Shown piece after piece: positions 47,490 to 58,594 of a stretch of 64,000 nt of DNA. This DNA comes from Orbicella franksi. Taxonomy: Eukaryota. Location of the stretch: NCBI GenBank assembly GCA_964199315.1, contig OZ116705.1, positions 7,440,001-7,504,000 of the forward strand, read 5' to 3'. Numbering within the stretch: the stretch's first letter is position 1; every line of letters begins with the position of its first letter. A program made the position numbers and the translations under genes. The notes under the pieces are model-generated. The model had not been told where the DNA came from, made no database searches, and saw nothing but the letters and a program-made list of their open reading frames with translations.

Positions 47490-48245
47490 CTGCCCTCGTC
47501 ATTTAAATCCGATGGCAATACAATCACGGATCCCATGGACATCGCTGACAGATTCTGTAAATACTTTACCAATATTGGCCCCAACTTAGCGAGTGCTATA
47601 CCTACCGTAAATTCGGCTACTTTTCGCTCATTTCTTGGTAGCAAAGATCATCCTCCAATTATTCTAAAACCCACCAATACTCGTGAATTGGAAAGCATTT
47701 GTAGCTTATTTTCGCCGAGAAAGGTCTCTGGTTATGATAATATTTCTATGCGTGATAAAGCATTCATTTCACCTGATTTCCGCACCTCTCGCAAACATTA
47801 TAAATCTTTCCCTCCTAAAAGGTATCTTCCCAGAAAAACTAAAAACAGGTAAAGTAATTCCCATTAATTTACAAAACAGAGGATCCGAGTCTTTTTGTTA
47901 ATTATAGACCAATTTCTTTGCTGCCAAATTTCTCAAAATTCTTTGAAAAGGTCATGCATAATCGCTTACTCGAATTTGCCGAAACAAACGAAGTATTCTA
48001 TCTTCGTCAGTTTGGTTTTCGTAAAAATCACTCGACATCACACGCATTAATTCATCTGCTTGATAAAATCTCGTCTGCAATTGACCAACATGAAACCACT
48101 GTAGGTATCTTTCTGGATCTTTCTAAAGCTTTTGATACCATCGATCAAATCTTATTCACCAAGTTGGAACATTATGGTATCCGTGTCGCGGCTCTGCAGT
48201 GGATAAAAAGCTACTTTTCTTATCGCTATCAATTTGTTCAGGTAA
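47490..48245 (+). mobile_element. Degenerate non-LTR reverse-transcriptase fragment
   Basis: [50 protein letters not shown]; frameshifted. Confidence 0.9.
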
Positions 48246-48905
48246 GCCTCTTTGCATGTTTCTGCGGTGTTATGACGGCGCTGCTGTAATGTTTTCTAAA
48301 ATTAACCGCTCCTCAGTTTTTAATTAAGAGAGGGACACGCAAAACCCTCAGGCTCTAAAACATACCACGTAAACAAAAGATGTAAGATGCAGCTTTGCCA
48401 GGTAATTTATGACCTGCATATGAAATAATATTGGTTAACATTTTTTTTCTTTGCTTTGTGTCCACGTCAGTGGTAAATTAAACGAGCTATAGGAAAATTT
48501 GGATGGAAAAACTAACTATTGATTTTCTTTCGATAGCTCTGAGATTCTATTGCCTGAAAAACAGAACAGTGAAAAACGAACTGCGAACAGAGACGAATGG
48601 TTACGGTTGTCATTAATATCAGCTTAAATAGCGTTCCGGTTGGCCTAAAATGCACTGTCCCGGCAGTGGTTAGCTCTCATAAAGCTGAGGGCTACTAGAA
48701 GTGGTTCTGACCAATAATTACAAATTTCTCAGGCTACCTTTTAACCTCATACAATAGGACATAATATCTGGGTTTTTTGAAATTGTGTTTTACGACTGAT
48801 TATTCCATGAAGCTCTAAAAGTCCCATCGCTGTGGGATAATATTGGCCCGGTTTCTCGTTTAAAATGTCAAATTGCGTGGTTTGTCAAAATGTGACACAG
48901 CTTAC

Positions 48906-49075
48906 CGTTCAAAACCAGTCTTCTCACTCACTGTTGAGATGTGCGTTCTTTAAAAACTTGCTTAACTGATGGCACCGTGACGTTACAAGAAAGCTTCTGT
49001 TTTAAAGGGGTTAAGTAATTATTGACAGAAAGACACGTCATTACCAAAGGAGCCAATCAAGGACCTTAGCTAACA
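48906..49075 (-). promoter_or_regulatory. Putative promoter + non-coding first exon of gene B
   Basis: Minus strand: ATTGG (CCAAT), TGACGTGT, Inr-like TCAGTT (A at 48967), donor GAACG|GTAAGC at 48906/48905. Homologous to 52490-52670 and 56170-56345 in inverted orientation. Confidence 0.55.
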
Positions 49076-49712
49076 ATTTAATTCTGGACCAAGTAAAAGA
49101 GCGCATGTGCTAGATCAACAGCGCGTGCCTAAGTTCCAACTCCGCCTGATTCCCACGTGCAATCGGCATGGTTGTAGTTTTACTGCAGTAACCATTTTTG
49201 CCATGCTTATATAATATCAGTTTGTCCAACGTGAGCTCTCCATTAAGAACTTATGTGGATGATTTTTTCAGACATCAATGAGAAATCTTTTTATTTCCAG
49301 TCCTGGCATTGATATTAGATTGTGTTTTAACCAAACTTTTGGAAGAAAATTGCGTTCTGACTGGCAATTATCAATTTCTCTGTTTCTACTGTAAGAGGTT
49401 ACGTTTGAAGGAATGCCTTTTGTTTAGAACGCTGTTAGCGATTATTGAGAAAATAATAAAGCATATATAAAACATAACAAGTTGACTCAGTTTGAAAACA
49501 ATCCGAATTCAATATTGCCTTAACCCGGAGACCATCACCTGACATGAAATGCCGACGTACAATTGTTTCTGATCAACCTTGAAAATTTCATTCTTTCACA
49601 ACTTTCATAACTAGGTAAATACAGCAAACCAAAAGTTTTACATGAAAAACGCTTGTATCCATTGATTTTTCACACAGCACACAGGTTTGCCCGGTAACGG
49701 TTTGACACACCA

Positions 49713-50025
49713 GGAGCCCGTTTCTCGAAAGCCCGGAAACTTTTCGGGCCCGAAGAGTCAGTTTTAATTAATCTGTATTTAAAAAAAGAGAGGCGTATAC
49801 GCCTGAAACGTCTTGTATAAAGGAAACCTCTGTTAGCAGTAAGGATACGTGAAGAAAACAGCTCTGTAATCTTAAGGCTTAAGACTTTGCTCTGGCTATA
49901 GAGTGTGAAAACTTTTCGCGACCTTCGAGAAACTAGCCTTCGCGCCCTTCGGCTCACTTTGTTGGCCGAATTTTCTTTCCGTCCTCGCTGGGAGCCTGTT
50001 CACAGGCTATCGAGAAACGGGCCCC
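49713..50025. mobile_element. PIF/Harbinger-like MITE carrying a nested 76-bp element (49934-50009)
   Basis: TIR ggagcccgtttctcgaaa / tcgagaaacgggcccc. The nested TAGCCT...AGGCTA element is flanked by tcgagaaac twice. Confidence 0.75.
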
Positions 50026-50739
50026 GCAACCGTTTTAAAGAGAGTGGTTCTAGCAATCAGGGACACCCAACGGATCGTTTTGGTAAATTATCTGCTCGTA
50101 AGGCGTTTAATCCTGCTCCGATTTCTGTTCGAACTTAATTTCGTGATATGAGAAATTTTAACAAATGTTGAAGCTTTTTGTTTTCGGTTTAATAAAAATA
50201 CGTCTTGGGTACCAAAAAAGGTCAGCTTTGATTTTGGGAAAGTCAATAAGACTTCAGGTTTTTAAAAGCGATTGTATGAAGGACAGAATTTCATTAGAAT
50301 AATGAACTCAGTCTTCACCCGAAAACCTTCTAAGAAAATCAGTTGTTTCTAAGACGTGAAGGATTCCGTTACTGGGAGTAGGCTTTTCTCTTTAATAAAA
50401 TAAAGTTTAAGTTAAAACAGTTTGATGTGAGCTTAATACTCGATTGTTTTTGTCGCTACAAAAGCTAACTTTTCCTTCCTAGGCAAAAATTTCGCTATAA
50501 TTGTTATTGGTCGCAATACTATTTGTACGTCAAATGGAAATCATCTAGCTGTGTTGGATGAGGATTAAACATTTTAGTTTAAATTTTATTTTGAACCTCT
50601 CTTTAAGACAACCTCTTTTCTTTAAGGTAACTCTAATTAACCTATAAAGACTGTCACCGTATGCGTCTTACAAATAACTCTCTCAAGAAGAAGGTTTTCG
50701 CATGCAGACTAAATCCCATTATTCTAATGAAAAGCCCTT

Positions 50740-53700
50740 ATTATCATTTGTTACAACCAAAATGTCAAACAGTCTTAGTTTTTCCAAAATATCTCACCCT
50801 TTTCTTTTAACGACACTGAAGAAAAGAATAAAAGTGGAATAGTTTGTAACAATAACTCTTTTTCACTGCTCCTGTACATGTATTTTTCTTGTACGGCGAA
50901 GAAATAACAAACCTATTTTACCTCCGTATATTTTGAATCATCTTTTTATTTCTGACGGCTTTATAACCCTTTGCGCAGACCACCTCTATCAACATCTTTC
51001 GCGTGTTAAACCGTAACCAGGCAAAACGTAACAGAGAATTGTACGGTGTGAAAAATCGATGTATATAAACGTTTTTCATGAATAACATCTCTTCGTGTAG
51101 TTGTGTTTACCTACTTCCCATTTTATTGAAAGAGAAACATTTTACTTTGGCATTTCTTGTTGGGTTAGGGCATTATAGAGTACCAACTGTTTACAAACTT
51201 AGTTGACAAGTACCATTCTTCCAATATAATCACTAAACGCTTGGAATGCAAAAGCCATTCTTTCCCGACGTATATTTCAACGGTAGAAAGAGAAAAAACA
51301 AATGAAAAAGCCAAACCGTCAAATATATCTTTTATTTTCCCATTTTTTTGTATAATCTTTGTATTTTTTTTTTGACGACGTTGGAACTTTTTGCGCAGAC
51401 CGCGTTCATTATCTTTGTGTGTGTGTTTAATATGTTACCAGGTATTGTCTAAAGAATGTAGACGAACGTTTTTCACCAGTGTTGAACTTTCCTAACTGCG
51501 GGATATAAAATTATTCAAAAACTGAAATTTTTACAGTAAAACCAGAAACATCATTTTATGAGCGAACTTCATGTTAGGTTATGGTGATATAATGCCCAAA
51601 TTGTTTACAAACTTAGTTGATCAGTTATGGCTTATAATTCTTTAAATAATCGCTAAACGACTTGAAAAACGGTAGAAACATGCGAAATTGATATAACCAA
51701 ACAGTCAAATATATCTGTATAATCGTTGTATTTTTTGACGACTTTGGACCTCTTTTTGAAAGCCGCCTCCATTAAAATTTTCCTGCGTCTAACCGTTTCC
51801 AGGCAAAGTTAGTGTGTTGTCTAAAGAATATCTACAAACTTTTTTCATGCTAATCTTTCCTACTTATTTTTACCTTCACATATATAATATTACTAAAAGA
51901 CTGAAATTTGTTACGATAAAATCAGATCTAGAAAGATTTGATTTTCCTCGCGGAATTTCAAACTTGATTAGTTATGGATTATTACTCTTTTAATAATTAC
52001 CAAAAGCTTTGAAACCAAACCTCCATTGGTAGAATCAGAGACATTGATGTAACTAAACTGCCAAATATATTTTACCTTCCTATTTTTCTATGTAATATTT
52101 GTATTTTTGAGGACTTTGAAACTCTTTGTGGTCCTTTGTGCAGACCGCTTTCATTAAAATTTTCTTGTGTTTAACCGTTGCCAGGTTTTGTCACGTTTTT
52201 CATGTTGTACTTTTCTGGTTGTTTTAACCAAGATGAAATTTTTAAGAGATTGAAATTTTGTTGTGATTTATATTATTCTTTCAGTGAACACTAAACGCGC
52301 GAAAACAAAAACGCGGCATTGTTTCATACATATTTTTAAACGGCAGATAGATATCTATATATTATAGATAGTAACAAGATTCAGTAAGAAACCGTAACCG
52401 AGAAACCACTTTCTGAAAAATTGAGCCATACATAACTCCTTATTAGAACACGAGCTTTTTTAAACTGGTTCAGATAACAGAAGCCTTAAATGTTTGGTGA
52501 TGTCGTTGATTGGTTCTTTTGGTAATGAGGTGTCATTCTGCCAATAATCACTTAACGCCTTTAAAACAAAAGCTTTTCTTCTGGCGTGACTCATTTGAGC
52601 AAGTTTTCAAAGAGCACATCACTGCTGTGAGTGAGAAGACCTGTTGACACGCTGTTTTTGAACGGTAAGCTACATCACATATTGATAAACCATGGAATTT
52701 AATAATATTTGAAACAAGAAACGAAAACAATGTTATCCTGACGCAATTGCACTTTAAATAACCACATAAAATACAATTTAAAGAAACCAAGACGTTAGCT
52801 CACTTTCCACAAGGTTAAACTGTGAAATTTTATAACTATCGGTCAGAGCCACTTTATATTTTCACATTCCTGGTTCAAAGGTGTCACCCTTATTGAAAGC
52901 CAACCACCGTTTTTAGGTTATCCGAAACGATATTTCAGCCACCATTCATGTGTAACATAACTATTCGTCACAGCTGTTCGCAGTTCGTTTTTCACTGTTC
53001 GGTTTTTCCAGACAATAAACTGATCCATATGGCAGAAAATCAACAGTCAGTATTTGTATCGAAATTCGCATGCAGCTCGTTTAATTCATTAAGACTGACA
53101 CAACACCACAAACATTTTCTCCATTTTACCGCATTTTAAATGCATTTGCATGGTAGAAATTAAAACTGAAGCTTTCGTAGTTCATACCGTTACCCAGCTA
53201 CGCCGCCTTTATTAAAATAATTTCTTGTGTCTAACCATTGCCAGGTTTTGTCTAAAGAACGTTTACAGACTTTTTTTTTTTTATACTGAACTGACTTTTC
53301 TAGTGCATATAAAGAATATTATTAAGAGGCTAAAATTTTTACAGCAGAACCTGAAGCCTATCTTCCATTCATCTTACGTGCGCATTTTATGTTAGGTTAT
53401 GGCAATATAATGTCCAAATTGCTTACAAACTTAGTTGATTAGTTATGGCTTATTATTAAAGTGGATCATTGGATAATGCAATTCAAGAGTTTTCATTGGC
53501 TTAGCTATCATGGTATACGGGCCATCACACCATGCTCTACAAATATGGTAAGCCTACAATCAGTTTTTTTTTTTTTTTTTTGCGTTTTTATTTTTGTTTT
53601 ATTTTAGGTTTCTCTACTTTGGTGTCTTTTTTTTTAATAAAGCAATTATTCCACACCCGCTTGTTGAAAATGAGATGAATAAAGCTCTAACTTATGCATA

Positions 53701-54850
53701 TGCAACGCACGCTCGTGGAATAATTATTCTACTAATTCTGTGAACAATCACTAAGCGATTTGAAAACATTTAAAGCCATTCTTTAATTAAACGGTAGAAA
53801 AAGCGAAATTGATATATCTAAACGTCAAATATATTCTACCTTCCTATTTTTCTGTATAGCGTTTGTACTTTTAACGATTTTGAAAGTCTTTGAGCAGACC
53901 TTTAATTTCTATTAAAAGGTTTTTCATGTGTTTAATTCGTTACCAGGGAAAACTAGTGTGTTTTCTTAAGAGAGTATACAAAATTGTTTCATGCTGAATT
54001 TTTCCACTTATTGTTACCTACACATATATAATATTATTAAAAGACTGAAATTCTTATAGTAAAATAATTAAAAAAACCCCATCATTTCACGGGGGCATTT
54101 CATGTTAGGCCATGACAAACAACCCAATGTTCAAGTTGTTTACAAATTTATTTGATTAGCTTTGGCTAATGATTCTTTTACTCAGCGCCTTTTTATCCTT
54201 TATGGTACAAGAAGAGAAATTGATATAACTGATAAAACCAGTTACTCTTTTGGCAGACCGCTTACATTAAATTCTTCTCTTGTGTTCAACCGTTACCAGG
54301 TTTTGTCGGCTAAAGTATATATCCTAACGTTTAACATGCAAGCTGATTTTTCAAGTTGTTTTTACCTAGATATAAAAAATATTATCAACAGACTGAAATT
54401 TTTACAGTAGGATTTCCATTCCTTTTACGTGCCCATTTCATGGTAGGTTATGGTAATATAATGTCCAAATTGTTTACAAACTAAGTTGATTAGACATGGC
54501 TAATTATTCTTCGAATAAACCACAAAACGACTTTAAAAAAGCAACTCCTAACGGTAGAAACAGCAAAATTGATATATCTAAACCGCCAAACATATTTAAC
54601 TTTCCTATTTTTCTGTATAATCGTTGTACTTTTCGAAGATTTTGGAACTCTTTATGTAAGCCGTTTCCATTACATTTTTGTGTGTTTAACGGTTGCCAGG
54701 TTGGCAGGTCTAGAGAATGTATTCAAACGTTTTTCATGCTGTACTTTTCTGGTTGTTTTAACCAAGATAATATATTTTTGAAAGATTGAAATTTTGTTGT
54801 GACTTATAGTATTCTTTCAGTAAACACGAAAAACGCGCGAAAACAAAAAC
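50740..54850. repeat. Degenerate tandem array of ~350-410-bp units
   Basis: Recurring ordered blocks gtttacaaacttagttga, aaacggtagaaa, gcagacc, aaccgttaccagg, gactgaaattt (anchors ~51189, 51601, 53420, 54136, 54470). Confidence 0.85.
52490..52670 (+). promoter_or_regulatory. Putative distal promoter/first exon for gene A
   Basis: ATTGG, Inr-like TCATTT (A at 52593), donor GAACG|GTAAGC at 52664/52665. Confidence 0.45.
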
Positions 54851-55333
54851 CATTAAAACATAGCGCGCGGTAGTCCTATCTAATTCCTATTGAGCCATCA
54901 TGAACGAAATCCCTATGTGCGCACAGCCGTGCGTATATAACATGACGTGTGCAGTTTCAATTTAGCTGCAAAATTTCCGTCGAGTTTCGGTAATGTGAAA
55001 ATTATTCTGAACAATCCAAACTCTACTTCGAGCCTTTGACTTTTGCCAAGCTAAGATGTTTACTTAAACGTGAGTATTTTGACTGTTTGTCTACATTTCC
55101 ATCGAGTATTTTTGACTTTGTCTGCCTACATTTTCGTTATAATTAATTCGAAGAAGCCAATTTTTCATTGACAATTTTAGAAACCAGGTTAAGCGTTTTC
55201 GCTCAACCGTTGTTCAACTGATTGTGGCGTGTTAGGATCCCAATGAACTATGTTTATCTTCCCGTGATTGCATTTGTAGTCAATCACAAATAAAACATGT
55301 TTTAGCACCCAAGTTGTTGTCGCCATGTTATAA

Positions 55334-55531
55334 AAGAATTGGTTCATACATGCTTTTAGCTGTGCGTATATCAAGTTATGGATGCACTTGGGAAGTTTGG
55401 AGAGCACTCAAGAAGCTAGAGTTGCTCCCGGCTATCGCCTCGAGCAACTCTTACACTTCTTTCGTGCTCTCCAAACTTCCCACGTGCATCCATAACTCGA
55501 TATACGCTCGCTAAGCATGAACCAATTCTTA
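55334..55531. mobile_element. Palindromic MITE (~200 bp)
   Basis: aagaattggttcat ... atgaaccaattctt, with nested arms gatgcacttgggaagtttggagagcac / gtgctctccaaacttcccacgtgcatc. Confidence 0.8.
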
Positions 55532-55700
55532 ATTGTTTCATACATATTTTTAAACGGTAGAAACAGAGCTATTGTTAACATTCAGTAAGAAACCGACCCC
55601 CCGGAAACCACTTTCCGTAAAATTGAGCCATACATAACTGACTCCTTATTAGAACAAGGGCTTATCTCTTAATCTGGTTCAGATAACAGAAGTCTTTTAA

Positions 55701-56159
55701 GGTCATTCCACTGAAATAGAACCTACACTGAGATTTTTGTGAAACTGCCTAATGATTGTTTATATTATGGGAACTTAAATTTTGAAATAAAAATGAGGGG
55801 TCCCCGTGTTCGTTTAGGAGCAACAGCACCTTGTTTATACCCAATAATCCTTATAATAGCACCATGATTGTAGTCACAATTGCTTGCTAAATTCACGTTT
55901 CCAACGATTGTTTTTTGTTCTACACTGAGAATCGGTCCATATCAGTCTATTTTACACAGAGCAATTTATAACTCAATTCAAAACAACAGAAAAAAAAAAA
56001 AATGATAGATCACCATACTCGTTTCAGAGAAAATGACGATTTACCTCTATGGCGAGGTCCAGCCGTAAAGAAAAAGCCGCCATTTCTTAATGCGGGCGCA
56101 CTAATTACGCGCGAAATTATGCGCAGTAGGGATGCGCAATGCAATACTGGGGAATGACC
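55701..56159. mobile_element. Kolobok-type MITE
   Basis: TTAA|GGTCATTCC ... GGAATGACC|TTAA; empty site at ~52487 in the local duplicate. Confidence 0.82.
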
Positions 56160-56169
56160 TTAAAAATTA

Positions 56170-56345
56170 TTTGGTGATGTCGTTGATTGTTCTTTTGGTA
56201 ATGACGTGTCATTCTGTCAATAATCACTTAACGTCTTTAACACGAAACTTTTTCTTCTGGCGTGACATCAGTTGCGCAAGTTTTCAAAAGCACACTTCCC
56301 TGCAGTGAATGAGAAGATCTGTTTATACACTGGTTTTGAACGGTA
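56170..56345 (+). promoter_or_regulatory. Putative proximal promoter/first exon for gene A
   Basis: TGACGTGT, Inr-like TCAGTT (A at 56270), donor GAACG|GTATAC at 56342/56343; candidate acceptor caatag| at 57599. Confidence 0.45.
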
Positions 56346-57608
56346 TACTATCTAAGAAATAGAAAACATTTTCCGTGTTTCTATTGAGTTATAGAAACAC
56401 GAGTGGACGTTTGGGAGAACGAGAATTGCTGTGGGAACATGAGACGATAGGTGTGTATTTCCACAGCTTTTTCGAGCCCTCCCAAACTTCAAATGTTCCA
56501 CCTCTTAGTTTTTAGTGCTTGGTCGATCTGTATGGGAGAACCTTGACCGAGGTCGTTAGTACAGACCTTACTGTGTTTGGTCTGCACTCACTACCTAGGT
56601 CAAGATTGTTGACTGGGTAACGTACGGTTTCTTAAAATTTTCTTTTAAATTCTTTTTTTTTTTTTCACTGGCATTTCTTATTTGATTTTTTAGGTATTTT
56701 GTTACACAATTATCTAACGCAAAAATTCCAAAAGGTAAGGCCTAAAATATATCTCAGTAAAACTAATTAGGGGACAAACATTATCGCACCGAAAATAAGA
56801 ATTTCTGGAATTTGTAGGAAGTATCGTTTAGGCTCACCTAAGGTTGCCCGGAATTTCGGCCATTTTAGACCGCTTGAGAGGCCAGGATCATGATATGATA
56901 TCTTGAAGAAAAACGAACGCTTATCTCGCCAAACGCCATGGTAGTTAATCTTTTCGGATATCTTTTATACTGTGAAAAGATGAAGGTAAACGGCCGACCT
57001 CGATCTTTTGGTCCTGCCCTGTTTTCTCTGACAATGACACTTAAATCGAAAGAACTTTTCTAACAACCCAAATTGATCAGTCAAGCCCAGCTGACTTGGT
57101 CCTCCACAGACCGTGGAAGGCACCGAAAACAACGTTTAAAACGTCCTTAATTTTAAACTCAAGCGTAACGGGAGTCAGTGTAAAATTTTTGTTGTGGAAA
57201 AAAACATAAAGCTTTAAGACTATGTGCCGACCAACTCCTGGTTCTGTTTTTCCTTGTAAATTTCCATGTTAATGTTGAATGAAAAGATATTCGCGTTATT
57301 GATATCTCAGCCAGTGAAAGCCGAGACTGATTATTACAGTTGCTCTGAGTTCTCTAGTTCCCGCGTATAGCTTCCCAATCGCTAACCGTGGTTTACCGGT
57401 ACAATAGAACATAGGCTTTGCAACTCTATTGACCAATCAGAGCTCGCGTAGTATGTTAGTTATTTTATAAAGAGATTTTTACCATGATAGATCAATAGGA
57501 ATTAAGTGGGACCCGCGCGCACTCTATGTTATAATTGCTTTTTTTTTTGCACGCAATAAAATAAACATACAGAAATAAATGCTTTTATTCTATCAATAGC
57601 ACAACAAC

Positions 57609-57687
57609 ATGGAAGGACAATTCGTGGTTGTCATGTTACTTTTTGGTGCAGTTGCTGTGATGGGAAACTCACCATTAGATGATGAAG
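57609..57687 (+). CDS. Gene A signal-peptide exon
   Basis: [27 protein letters not shown]|gtattt. Confidence 0.85.
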
Positions 57688-58561
57688 GTATTTATAGACT
57701 TCAGGCTTGTCATAAACTAGTATTTTTTCAAAGTGACGACTAAAGTGTGGATCAAGAGATCATGATCACTAGGGAGAAACTGACATTATGCTAGCTTCAG
57801 GACACTACAGTTAAATCCTAAAAGAATTATAATAAAAACACGTAAATATCATACAATGAGCAGGTCATTTATTGAGATCAATGCCATCAGGCAAGGCATG
57901 GTACTCAATGGTACCAAGCAACTACAGGGGTTCAGGCTGATCTAGTTCTTGTTTATAAGGTGTTCAGTGAGAAATCAGCCTGAAGATATTCTTAAGATGT
58001 TGAAACTTTGTTTCAGAAATACGACACATAACATGTTCTTAGAGGTTTAGTTAGCATATTTTATTATAAATAAATGAGTAAGTAAACAAATCAGTAAATC
58101 AGTAAATCAGTTTTGTGATTGTCTGGCAGCAACCATTGTTACATTGCTTTCTTATTCCGACATCCTTTCCTTTATTATATAAGAACATGTTTTATTCACC
58201 AGGCTTAAATGGATCTCATATATATGGTGCTTTATGTGCCAAATTTCAGCCTGATGTTTTTAATCCATTTGTTCTTATATGCGGGTGTTTACAGTATTTG
58301 GAATAAATATAAGTAAAAAAAACGTCAAAAAACACACAACCATGCTGGCTTCCGTCCACTGAGTTGTTTTACTGACCCCCCCCCCCCCCCCCAACTAGCT
58401 AGAATTTGTGTTTTCAGTGTTAAATAAGCTTGATATTGACTGTGTTTCTGGGTATTTTACTCAGTTGTTTGACCTTGTTTGAGGGTTCTGTGTTGACATG
58501 GCACCCTGCTGGAGTGGTCCATGCCACGTGCATGCGTGAGGGGCCAATAATAATAATAATA

Positions 58562-58594
<33 letters not shown>

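Noticed and set aside
50740-54850. CRISPR-like or coding tandem array
   Set aside because: Long degenerate units without short identical repeats and unique spacers, no consistent reading frame, and a eukaryotic context.
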